DNA of 64,000 nucleotides from an uncultured Acidobacteriota bacterium. GTDB taxonomy: Bacteria; Acidobacteriota; Thermoanaerobaculia; Gp7-AA8. A program made the position numbers and the translations under genes. The notes below the pieces were generated by a model that was not told the DNA's origin, did not search any database, and saw only the letters and a program-made list of their open reading frames with translations. Position 1 is the stretch's first letter. Every line of letters begins with the position of its first letter. Shown here one piece after another: positions 26,855 through 36,008 of this stretch. The DNA lies in NCBI GenBank assembly GCA_963741955.1, contig CAVUKB010000005.1, positions 832,001-896,000 on the forward strand, in the 5' to 3' direction.

Positions 26855-27074
26855 CCAATGGCCCGAACTCAAGGGGCACTGTGGGTGTTCACGGAGCCGA
26901 TGCGCGGGGTTACTGCGCATCTGCCACAGGTGCCGTCTCGTTCCGTTCTGAAGGCGATCTGCGCGGCCACGGCGGGAGCCGTGGCGCCCCTCGGAGAGGG
27001 GATCCTTCGCTGCCCAGCAAGGTCGCGCTGACTCCCGGCTGACACGCGGATCTTGCTCGAGTTCGGGCCATTGG
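26855..27074. repeat. 220-bp IR-bounded, multi-hairpin element (MITE-like or structured RNA)
   Basis: 16-bp perfect terminal IR CCAATGGCCCGAACTC/GAGTTCGGGCCATTGG; internal hairpins at 26899-26921, 26966-26985 and 26987-27001. Confidence 0.7.
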
Positions 27075-27179
27075 GACTCAATCCAATCGGAGCGAGGCTT
27101 CTCAGGGCGTGCTCCCGACTTCACTACTGTCGAAGGATCTGCCCGATTGCCGCTCAATGTCTAACCCGGATCACCTCTC

Positions 27180-28745
27180 TCAGTGCATGGCCGCGGCATA
27201 GAACGCGGCGAGGTCCTGCTTGAGCTGTTTCCGCGCAGGCGGGTGGATGTAGATCATGTGGCCGGACGGGTAGTAGCCCCAGGAGAGGTTCTTCTCGAGC
27301 GCCGGGTCGAGGCCCATGTGGGATACGGTGTACTCGGTCTCGAAGAACGGCGTGGCGAAATCGAAGTATCCGTTGGCGAAAAAGACTTTCAGGCCCGGGT
27401 TGGCGGACATCGCCTGCCGCAGATCCTCCGCCACGTCGGGCATGGGAGCCTTGCGGAACCCCTGACCGTGCCGGTCGTCCCACTCCTTCCCCACCTCCGG
27501 GTAGTTCGTCGGCTTGTAGAGATCGTCCGACTGGTAGTTCAGATCGCCGCGCGAATACGTGTTCCACGCTGCGACGAACGCCGCGCCGAAGGCGGAATCG
27601 GCTGCGTCGTCTTCAGGGCGCTCACCCGCGGCGTCGTGGTCGATGCCGGTGAAGCGCGAGTCGAGGCGGCCGACCGTGCGCCGTTCGCCGCGCAGCAGCT
27701 CCTTTTCGAAGCGCGAGGGGTCGATGCGGATGTTCGCCTGACGAAGGAAGTCCTCCGGCATCGCGGTGTAACGATGCAGCTTCGCGACCACGGCGTCGCG
27801 CTCCTTCTCTCCGAGACGGCTCCCTTTGGCGAGCGCTGCCGCGTATTCGCCGAGGGCGAACTGGCGGACTTCCTGGACGAATGCGGCGAGGTCGGCGGGT
27901 TTCGGATCGAGGCGGTCGTGGTACCAGGCCGTCGCGGCCATGGTGGGAAGATAGAACTCGTAGGGAAGGTCATTCGAGAACGGCGGCCCGTTGAAGTCGT
28001 CGTATGCATTGAGGTACGACGAGATCATCACTGCGCCGTTGAAGGCCATCCCTTTGTTCTGCAGCCACGCCAGGAGTCCGGAGGAGCGCGTGGTGCCATA
28101 CGATTCGCCGAGAAGGAACTTCGGCGAGTTCCATCGCCGGTTCGTGCTCACCCATCGCTCGATGAACTGCCCGAACGCGGCGATGTCGGGATCGGTGCCG
28201 TAGAAGTCCTTCGGCGTTCCCTTGCCGATGATGCGTGAGTATCCGGTTCCCATGGCGTCGATGAAGACGAGATCGGTGACGTCGAGGAGGCTCTCCGGAT
28301 TCGACTCGATCCGGTAGGGCGGCGGAGGGGTGGGCTCAGCATCAGAGGCGTCGACGCGCACCGGCCCGAACGAGCCCATCTCCAGCCACAGCGTGGACGA
28401 GCCGGGTCCGCCGTTGTAGCAGAAGGTGACGGGTCGTCTGGTGGCGTCGCTCACTCCGTCCTGGGTGTAGGCGACGTAGAACATCCGTCCGATCGGTTCG
28501 TCCTTGCCGTTCTTCAGATCGATCGTCGCGGCGGTGGCCGTGTACGGGATCGTCTTTCCGTCGATGACGATCCGATGGTGGGTGATTGCCGGCGCCGGAG
28601 CGGGTTTCACTTCCTCCGGCTTCGCCTTCTCGACTTCTTTCTTCGCCCCCGAGTCGGGCGGATCGGCGCTCCATGCAGTGGTGGAGCCGGCGAGAGCGAG
28701 AGCGAGAAACGAGGCGGTGACCCACTTCGAAGTTCGATTCATCAC
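27180..28745 (-). CDS. Secreted S10-family serine carboxypeptidase
   Basis: NGGPGSS, GESYG, GYFDFATP, SGHMIY; signal peptide. Confidence 0.93.
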   Translation of the reverse strand: MMNRTSKWVTASFLALALAGSTTAWSADPPDSGAKKEVEKAKPEEVKPAPAPAITHHRIVIDGKTIPYTATAATIDLKNGKDEPIGRMFYVAYTQDGVSDATRRPVTFCYNGGPGSSTLWLEMGSFGPVRVDASDAEPTPPPPYRIESNPESLLDVTDLVFIDAMGTGYSRIIGKGTPKDFYGTDPDIAAFGQFIERWVSTNRRWNSPKFLLGESYGTTRSSGLLAWLQNKGMAFNGAVMISSYLNAYDDFNGPPFSNDLPYEFYLPTMAATAWYHDRLDPKPADLAAFVQEVRQFALGEYAAALAKGSRLGEKERDAVVAKLHRYTAMPEDFLRQANIRIDPSRFEKELLRGERRTVGRLDSRFTGIDHDAAGERPEDDAADSAFGAAFVAAWNTYSRGDLNYQSDDLYKPTNYPEVGKEWDDRHGQGFRKAPMPDVAEDLRQAMSANPGLKVFFANGYFDFATPFFETEYTVSHMGLDPALEKNLSWGYYPSGHMIYIHPPARKQLKQDLAAFYAAAMH

Positions 28746-28858
28746 GTTGTGACCTCCTGGACCGACCGGACATTATGGAAGATCTCGCTCGCGTGACCAA
28801 GTCGGTAACCCGGATTAAACGACGCACCTCCGGCGGAATCGTGGAATAGAATCAATGG

Positions 28859-31171
28859 ATGAACCGGCGCCTCCATCCGTACCTTCAGTCGATGCGCGAT
28901 CTCAGAGCTCTTCTCGTCGTCTTCTCCCTGATCCTCCCCACGTTCGCGATGGCGGATCCGATCGTGTCGCCGCCACGGGACATCGGCGACTTTCCTCTGA
29001 TGCAGGCGGTCTGGGATCAGAGTGGTCCGGAGGCCGTTTCGAACGGCGAGGACTACCTCGTGGTCTACGTCCATGGAACCCGGGGGCGGTTTCTGCGTGC
29101 GACGAGGATCACCGCAAACGGCGATGTGCTCGATCCATTCGGCATCGCGATCGGCAGCACCGGCTCATCGCTCCACCCCTTCGATGTTCTCTGGAGCGGC
29201 AGTGAGTACCTGATCGCATGGACGAGGTCCAACTGTGACGACGGCGGCTCCTGTCTCCAGTTCACGACGGTGACGCCGGACGGCGAGGTCGAGCAGGGAA
29301 TGTCGCTTCCTCCGGTCGAAGAGGCGCGATTCGCGCTGCGATCAGGCGTCCTTCTCGTGGCGTGGAGCGAGCCCGATCGTCTGCAGGCGCGGATGATCCC
29401 TCTCGGTGGTGAACCCGGCGAACCGATCGATCTCCTCGACGTGGTGGACCGCTACGTGTCGATCGAGAAAGTCGTCGCGACGAGCTCCGGATTTCTGGTC
29501 TTCGCGCATGCCGGGGCGACGAGAACCGGTTCGGCCGCGAAAGAGCAACTGCTCGTGATCCCGGTAGATGCATCAGGAAACGCTGGCGCGGCACATGTTC
29601 TGCTCGAGGGAGGAGCCGATCTCGAGCCGCTGCGGTTCGGTTCGATCTCGACCACGGGTCAGACGACGGCGGTACTCTTCGGCGCCGGTTCGGCTTCGAG
29701 AAGTCTTGCGATCCTCGGTCCCTCCGGAGAGGATCTCGTGCGCCTCGATCCGTTCACCGCGTTCGTTCCGGACGACACGCTTCTCCTTCCTGATGGCGAG
29801 GACTTTCTCATGGCGTCTCGCCAGGCCGAGACCGTCGTCATTCAGACGCTCGGCTCATCGGGCGCGACCGGTCCGGTATGGACTCTTCAGCCCGGGATCG
29901 ACCGGAATCAAAGCCTGAGTGCGTTCGCCGGTACGCCGTCGACTCTTCTTCTGGTCCGGGAGGAACGGAAGGGAGACGGCTGGAGCGAACCGGGAGGTCT
30001 CAACCAGATCGTCCGGACCTGGGATCGCGCACTCGAACCGCTCGCGCCCGCGTCGCCGCTGATGCTCAGCGCACCGGTCCAGCGAAGCTCCGCGGTCGCC
30101 GCCGCGGGCGACACGGTTCTTCACGTGTGGGACGAGTACCGCGACGGCATCTGGCAGCTCTACTCGCAGCCGATGAGCGCCGACGGCCAGGCGACTGCAT
30201 GGCCGGTCGACCACCCGTACAACAGACAAGGTTTTTCGCTCACCTCGGATGGGGAAACCTTTCTGCTGGCGACGGGACGAAGCAGCTGGACCCCCGAAGA
30301 GGGATGGAAGCGGTTCGTGGAGCTGACCACGATTGCGCGCGACGGCTCGGTGGTCGCGCGCACCGAGATCGCGAATGCGGTGCAACCGGAGATCGTCTTC
30401 GACGGAAAGCATTTCGTCCTACTCTGGTGGGAACGGCTCGAGGGAAGATATCCCGACGTCGCAATGCTCACGGTGCTGGACGATTCGATGGAGCCCGGGA
30501 CGACGATCGAGATCGGTGATTATCTCCATGCTGCCGGCTTCGACGGCGGCGTCTACATCCTCGGCGTCATCGAGGGCGAACGTCTCTATCCGGACCTCCC
30601 GCCGACCCGTGGCCTCGACGTTCGCGTCGCCTCGACCGCGGGAGCCGTCTCGATCGGGCCACGAACGGTGGTCATCGAGCCGAGTGTGAATCCGGTGCGG
30701 GATGTCCGTCACGAGACGATCACCTCCAATCGAATGGACGCTCTGATCTACTGGCAACAAGCCGAGAGCGACGGCGGCCCGTGGGGGTATCGCGAAGAGT
30801 CGGCCCTCGTGAACCGCGATGGAAACGTCGTCGCGGAAACCCCGGCTCTTCTCGAGCAGAGCGGCGACACGGCGGCCGGAATGATGACGTGGGACGGGAG
30901 GAATTTCGTCTCGGCGAACATGGGCGAGCACGGAGACCGTCTGCTGGTTCAATACCTCGATCGACGAGGGAGGTTCGGGGAGAGACTCCGGATTCCGGTC
31001 GACTCCTACGGAAATGCCGAGGTATCGATCACTTCGGTCGGTGATGGAAGGACGGTCGTCGACGACTCTGCGTTCGTGACGGATCCGCGGGTCGGCATCG
31101 ACGTCGAACGCGTCTTCACGCAGGAGATCACGAAGGAGACGGAGAGACGCCGGTCCGTCCGGCGACCCTGA
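28859..31171 (+). CDS. Large secreted beta-rich protein ending RRRSVRRP
   Basis: Signal peptide; recurring 'xDGxxF/YLVxW' beta-propeller-like units. Confidence 0.8.
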   Translation: MNRRLHPYLQSMRDLRALLVVFSLILPTFAMADPIVSPPRDIGDFPLMQAVWDQSGPEAVSNGEDYLVVYVHGTRGRFLRATRITANGDVLDPFGIAIGSTGSSLHPFDVLWSGSEYLIAWTRSNCDDGGSCLQFTTVTPDGEVEQGMSLPPVEEARFALRSGVLLVAWSEPDRLQARMIPLGGEPGEPIDLLDVVDRYVSIEKVVATSSGFLVFAHAGATRTGSAAKEQLLVIPVDASGNAGAAHVLLEGGADLEPLRFGSISTTGQTTAVLFGAGSASRSLAILGPSGEDLVRLDPFTAFVPDDTLLLPDGEDFLMASRQAETVVIQTLGSSGATGPVWTLQPGIDRNQSLSAFAGTPSTLLLVREERKGDGWSEPGGLNQIVRTWDRALEPLAPASPLMLSAPVQRSSAVAAAGDTVLHVWDEYRDGIWQLYSQPMSADGQATAWPVDHPYNRQGFSLTSDGETFLLATGRSSWTPEEGWKRFVELTTIARDGSVVARTEIANAVQPEIVFDGKHFVLLWWERLEGRYPDVAMLTVLDDSMEPGTTIEIGDYLHAAGFDGGVYILGVIEGERLYPDLPPTRGLDVRVASTAGAVSIGPRTVVIEPSVNPVRDVRHETITSNRMDALIYWQQAESDGGPWGYREESALVNRDGNVVAETPALLEQSGDTAAGMMTWDGRNFVSANMGEHGDRLLVQYLDRRGRFGERLRIPVDSYGNAEVSITSVGDGRTVVDDSAFVTDPRVGIDVERVFTQEITKETERRRSVRRP

Positions 31172-31196
31172 TCACGCCCCAATTTTCCAGGGCTAG

Positions 31197-31355
31197 GAGT
31201 CTGCGCGATAGAAACGTCCGTAGCGAGAAAGCGGAGCAACGAGGCCAAATTCGTTCGGATTTGAGGTGCGTAGCGGTGGCTACTCGCCGAAAATCCGGGT
31301 GGATTTGGACCGTTGATCCGCTTTCGCAGTAGGACAGTTTCTACCGCGCAGACTC
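31197..31355 (-). mobile_element. 159-bp MITE cognate to the adjacent IS1182-family element
   Basis: Ends GAGTCTGCGCGATAG...CTACCGCGCAGACTC, flanked by CTAG (31193-31196, 31356-31359); no ORF. Confidence 0.85.
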
Positions 31356-31359
31356 CTAG

Positions 31360-32950
31360 GAGTCTGCGCGGTAGAAACCCGGTTCGCGGCAAATCGGCAT
31401 GATAAAAGGTGAATGGTTAGTAGTAACGATAATATGTTAAGATTAGGTCATGCCGACCACGTATAGGCCATACCGACCGGAGCAGTCGCTGCTGCTTCCG
31501 CCCTCGCCATACGAGTGGCTCCCTGAGGGTCACTTGGCGCACTTCGTTTCCGACATGATCGATCAGCTTGATCTGAGTGCATTCTACGAGCGGTACAAGG
31601 GCGACGGCAGGCGGAAGCAGCCCTACGAGCCGAGGATGATGCTCAAGTTGATCACCTATTCGTACCTGACGGGAACGTTCTCCTCGCGCAAGATTGCCCG
31701 GCGGATCGATGAAGATATCGCCGTCCGGTATCTTGCAGCCGGGAACTTTCCATCGCATCGGACCATCTGCGACTTTCGGCTTGAAAACGTGGACGCATTC
31801 AGCTCATTGCTGGTCCAGATCATTCGGACCGCTCAGGAGGCAGGGTTAGTTACGCTCGGGAGGATCGCAATCGACGGGTCGAAGGTGCGAGCGAATGCCA
31901 GCAAGCACAAGGCGATGAGCTACGATCGGATGAAGAAGGAAGAAGCGAAGCTCGAGAAGGAGATCGCGGAGATTTTGGCCACAGCGGCGGAAGAGGATGC
32001 CCGGGAGGATGCCGAGTACGGGGTTGATCGACGCGGGGATGAGTTGCCCGAAGAGCTCCAGCGCCGGGAAACACGCATCCGAAAGATCAGAGATGCACGA
32101 GAGCGACTCGAACAGCGACAGCGGGAACTGGACACGAAGGCTGGTCGCTCCGAAGGCGACGATGATCCGGCCAGGAAGAAGGGTAAGCCATTCAAACGGA
32201 AGTTCGGCGTACCTGAGGACAAAGCGCAAGAGAACTTCACCGATTCCGAGAGCCGAATCATGAAGTCCCAGGAAGGATTTCAGCAGTGCTACAACGCGCA
32301 GATCGCAGTCGATGCCGATAACCAACTCATCGTCGGATTCGAGATCACACAATCTGCGGCGGACAGCGGATCACTCGTGCCTTTGGTCGAGGTGGTCGAA
32401 CAGAATTGCGAAACAAGCCCCGACCAGGTTGTTGCCGACACCGGTTACAAGTCGGAAAGCTCGTTCATCGAGTTGGAGGAGAAGAAGATCGATGCGTATG
32501 TTTCTCTCGGACGAGAAGGCAAAGAAACCGCAGCTGAGACGACGCTCCCCGCTACTCTGCGGATGAAGCAGAAGTTGGACTCACCTGCAGGCAAGGCGGT
32601 CTATCGCCGGCGAAAGGCGATCGTTGAGCCGGTGTTTGGCTGGGTCAAAAACGTTCTCGGCTTTCGACGATTCAGTCTCCGCGGGACGCGCAAAGTTGCC
32701 GGCGAATGGGCTCTGGTGTGCCTGGTGATCAATCTGAAGCGAATGAGCGCTCTGGTTGCGGTCGAATAGCCCCGGCAGAGCAGTATCCAACCCCGAAAAG
32801 TCCCGCCGAGCAAGTGTTTCGCGCTGCCACCTCCCCGAGAACGGCTCCATCAACCCCAAGGCGCTTCGATGGCCCGGTTCTGCCGCTCGCGAGCGGACGT
32901 CACCCGAGATCATCAGGAAGCGCCGAACTTACGTCCTATCGCGCAGACTC
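31360..32950 (+). mobile_element. IS1182-family insertion sequence (1591 bp)
   Basis: IRL GAGTCTGCGCGGTAG and IRR CTATCGCGCAGACTC; CTAG direct repeats at 31356-31359 and 32951-32954. Confidence 0.92.
31450..32769 (+). CDS. IS1182-family DDE transposase
   Basis: 'QSLLLPPS..EWLPEGHLA', 'SSRKIAR', IDGSKVRANAS, ADTGY, YRRRKAIVEPVFG. Confidence 0.95.
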   Translation: MPTTYRPYRPEQSLLLPPSPYEWLPEGHLAHFVSDMIDQLDLSAFYERYKGDGRRKQPYEPRMMLKLITYSYLTGTFSSRKIARRIDEDIAVRYLAAGNFPSHRTICDFRLENVDAFSSLLVQIIRTAQEAGLVTLGRIAIDGSKVRANASKHKAMSYDRMKKEEAKLEKEIAEILATAAEEDAREDAEYGVDRRGDELPEELQRRETRIRKIRDARERLEQRQRELDTKAGRSEGDDDPARKKGKPFKRKFGVPEDKAQENFTDSESRIMKSQEGFQQCYNAQIAVDADNQLIVGFEITQSAADSGSLVPLVEVVEQNCETSPDQVVADTGYKSESSFIELEEKKIDAYVSLGREGKETAAETTLPATLRMKQKLDSPAGKAVYRRRKAIVEPVFGWVKNVLGFRRFSLRGTRKVAGEWALVCLVINLKRMSALVAVE

Positions 32951-33350
32951 CTAGCCCGCATTTCTCACATCGTCTCGTCGCGAGGAGGCGGAGAGTGGCC
33001 TGGATGCAAGGCGCACCCGGCTTCGGCAACGAAGGCATAGTGGTGACTATGTCGAGGAGCCGAAGCAGGCCGCAACGCAGCAGACAGGCCGCTATCCGTC
33101 TCCGCAGCAGAGATGGTGTGAGAAATGCGGGCTAGGCGCGGAACGGCTGTGGAGTCCACGTCTTCGCGGCGTCTCCCGCTCCGGATGGCGCGACCGCTGA
33201 GGTACGCGATCTCTTCGCCGGCGTGTCGGGTGCGATCTCGCCCCGCAGATTCGAAGACAGTCGTCCATTCTGCAGCCCCGATCTGCAGTTCTCGAACTCC
33301 ACCTGCATCAGTCCGCCGGATTCGATGCGATAATGGGTCATTCCTCGACA

Positions 33351-35981
33351 ATGACTCTCGAAGCAGGCACGCGCCTCGGACCGTATGAGATTGTGGATTC
33401 CCTCGGATCAGGGGGTATGGGAGAGGTCTTCCGAGCCCGCGACACGCGTCTCGACCGCAGCGTCGCGATCAAGATCCTTTCCTCCGAGTTCGCGGGCAAC
33501 GCCCAGCTGAAGCTGCGTTTCGATCGCGAGGCGAAGACCATCTCGCAACTCAATCACCCGAACATCTGTACGTTGCACGATGTCGGACACGAGCGCGACG
33601 TCGATTTCCTGGTGATGGAGCTTTGCGATGGACAGTCGCTCGCCGACCGTCTCCTGAAGGGACCGTTGCCGCTCGAGCAGGCGCTGAGGATCGCAATCGA
33701 GATCGCCGGTGCGCTCGACCTCGCCCACCGCAGCGGCGTCGTCCACCGCGACCTCAAGCCGGGAAACATCATGCTCACGAAGTCGGGGGCGAAGTTGCTC
33801 GACTTCGGACTGGCGAAGGGAAGCTCTCAGAATTCCGCCGGAGGGAACGAGCTCACCGGGCTCCTGACGGAGCAGAAGCCGCTCACCGCCGAAGGGACGA
33901 TCCTCGGCACGGTCCAGTACATGGCGCCCGAACAACTGGAAGGCGCCGAGGCGGACGCGCGTGGCGACATCTTCGCGTTCGGTGCCGTGCTGTACGAGAT
34001 GGTCACCGGCCGGCGCGCGTTCGATGGAAAGACGAGGGCGAGCGTGATCGCTTCGATCCTCGACCGCGACCCGGTGCCGCTCTCGCAGATCCAGCCGGTC
34101 GCGCCGGTCGCGCTCGAGCGGATCGTCAAGGCCTGTATCGAGAAATCACCCGAGAAGCGATGGCAGAGCGCGCACGACCTGAAACGCGAGCTGGAGTGGC
34201 TGGTCGACAGCGGCCCGGATGAGACGCGGGAGGTTCGCGGCAAACGCCGGATGCGTGCACCACTCGTCGCTGCTCTGATCGCGCTGCCACTGATCGCCGC
34301 AGCGGCGACATTCGTCTCTCTTCGCCTGACGGCGCCGGCCCCCCGCCGGCTGATGTCGAACATCAGTCCGCCCCCCCACACGCACTTCGTCGTTACCGGC
34401 GACGCTGCGGGACCGGTGACGCTCGCGCCGAACGGCCACATGGCCGCTTTCGTGGCCACGGACGGAACGGTGCCGCGACTGTGGCTGCAGTCGCTCGACA
34501 GCGGGGCGGCCCGAGCGCTTCCCGCAACGGAGAATGCCATGTTCCCGTTCTGGAGTCCCGACAGCCACTCGATCGGGTACTTCTCCACCGGGAAGCTGAT
34601 GGCCATCGACATCGACGGCTCGACTCCCCGGCAGATCGCGTACGCTCCGGATGGACGCGGCGGGATGTGGCTACCGGATGGGAGGATCATCTTCACCCCA
34701 TTCACGCAAGCGGGTCTCTACAGCGTGCGTGCAACCGGGGGGAACCCGAAGCAGATCACGTTTCCCAAGCCGCCGTACACCACCGATCGCTGGCCGTCTC
34801 CCACTGCAGACGGGAAACACATGGTGTACATCGAGGCGATGCACGGCTCGCCGGCAGATCCAGGCACCGCGCTCGTCATCTCCACGCTGGACGGGAAGGA
34901 TCCGCACAAGCTCACGCCTGCGGCCAGCAGTGGGTTGGTGTTTCGCGATCATCTCCTTTTCGTCCGCAGCGACAGGCTCATGGCCCAGAAGCTCGAGAAC
35001 GGCGCTTTGTCCGGGCCGGTCATCTCGCTCCTCGACGGAGTGCTGACCGATCCCGGAACGTGGCGCTCGATCGTGTCGGTCTCGAATGACGGACTGCTGG
35101 CGACGTATCCCAGCGGGGGCGGCAGCGGAAACCTGAGATTGATATGGATGGACTCCTCCGGAAAGGAGATCGGTGAGGCGGGTCCTCCAGCCGTCTACCG
35201 CGACGTCGCGCTGTCGCCGGACGGACAGAAGCTGGCCCTGACCATCGGGGATCCCAACGCGCTCCTCTACGTGGAAGACATCGGCCGCGGCACCCGCTCA
35301 CGCCTTTCCTTCCTGAACAACACGGCCGATCCGGTCTGGACCCCCGACGGCAAATCGGTCGTCTTCCAGCAATCCCTGAACGGCTCCTATTCACTGATGA
35401 TCAAACCGGCCGACGGCAGCGCCATGGAACGGACGATCGTCACGGCGCCCTACGCAATTCAGCCGACCTCGATCGACGGAGAGAGGGGCGTGGTCATCTA
35501 CAACGCCCTTCTGCCGGGAGATACGAACATCATGGCCGTCCCCCTCTCGGGAGGGACCGCGCGAACGGTGCTGGGCGGGCCGGGACAACAGCAGAACGGA
35601 GCGATCTCGCCGGACGGGCGGTGGCTCGCGTACGTCGATGCGAGCACCAGCGGCCGCTACACGTACGTGACGACGTATCCGGAGCCCGGCCCGAAGTGGC
35701 AGGTGTCGGATGACGCCACGTACAAGTTGTGGTGGAGCGCGAACGGGAAAGAGATCCGTTATCTGAGAGACGACGGTCAGATCAGAAACGTCGCGGTGAT
35801 GGTGGAAGGGAAAGCGGTTCAGTTCGGACCGCCGCGGCTCGGCACCCGGGTGAACATCAACACCAACCGGGAGGCGATCTCTCTCAGTTCCGACGGATCA
35901 CGATTCATCGCGGCGACGCTCGTCAGCTCGGATCCTGGACCGGCCACGCTGGTCGTGAATTTCGATCAGCCGTTGAAGTGA
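33351..35981 (+). CDS. Hanks-type Ser/Thr kinase with TM and TolB/PD40-like beta-propeller
   Basis: GSGGMG, VAIK, HRDLKPGN, DFG, YMAPE; repeated (W)SPDG motifs. Confidence 0.95.
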   Translation: MTLEAGTRLGPYEIVDSLGSGGMGEVFRARDTRLDRSVAIKILSSEFAGNAQLKLRFDREAKTISQLNHPNICTLHDVGHERDVDFLVMELCDGQSLADRLLKGPLPLEQALRIAIEIAGALDLAHRSGVVHRDLKPGNIMLTKSGAKLLDFGLAKGSSQNSAGGNELTGLLTEQKPLTAEGTILGTVQYMAPEQLEGAEADARGDIFAFGAVLYEMVTGRRAFDGKTRASVIASILDRDPVPLSQIQPVAPVALERIVKACIEKSPEKRWQSAHDLKRELEWLVDSGPDETREVRGKRRMRAPLVAALIALPLIAAAATFVSLRLTAPAPRRLMSNISPPPHTHFVVTGDAAGPVTLAPNGHMAAFVATDGTVPRLWLQSLDSGAARALPATENAMFPFWSPDSHSIGYFSTGKLMAIDIDGSTPRQIAYAPDGRGGMWLPDGRIIFTPFTQAGLYSVRATGGNPKQITFPKPPYTTDRWPSPTADGKHMVYIEAMHGSPADPGTALVISTLDGKDPHKLTPAASSGLVFRDHLLFVRSDRLMAQKLENGALSGPVISLLDGVLTDPGTWRSIVSVSNDGLLATYPSGGGSGNLRLIWMDSSGKEIGEAGPPAVYRDVALSPDGQKLALTIGDPNALLYVEDIGRGTRSRLSFLNNTADPVWTPDGKSVVFQQSLNGSYSLMIKPADGSAMERTIVTAPYAIQPTSIDGERGVVIYNALLPGDTNIMAVPLSGGTARTVLGGPGQQQNGAISPDGRWLAYVDASTSGRYTYVTTYPEPGPKWQVSDDATYKLWWSANGKEIRYLRDDGQIRNVAVMVEGKAVQFGPPRLGTRVNINTNREAISLSSDGSRFIAATLVSSDPGPATLVVNFDQPLK

Positions 35982-36008
35982 GTGTCGCGGTGGGAGCGGG
36001 TCACACTC

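Noticed and set aside
32965-33351. Minus-strand ORFs between the IS and the kinase
   Set aside because: No recognisable motifs or RBS, and they overlap the kinase start region; not supportable.
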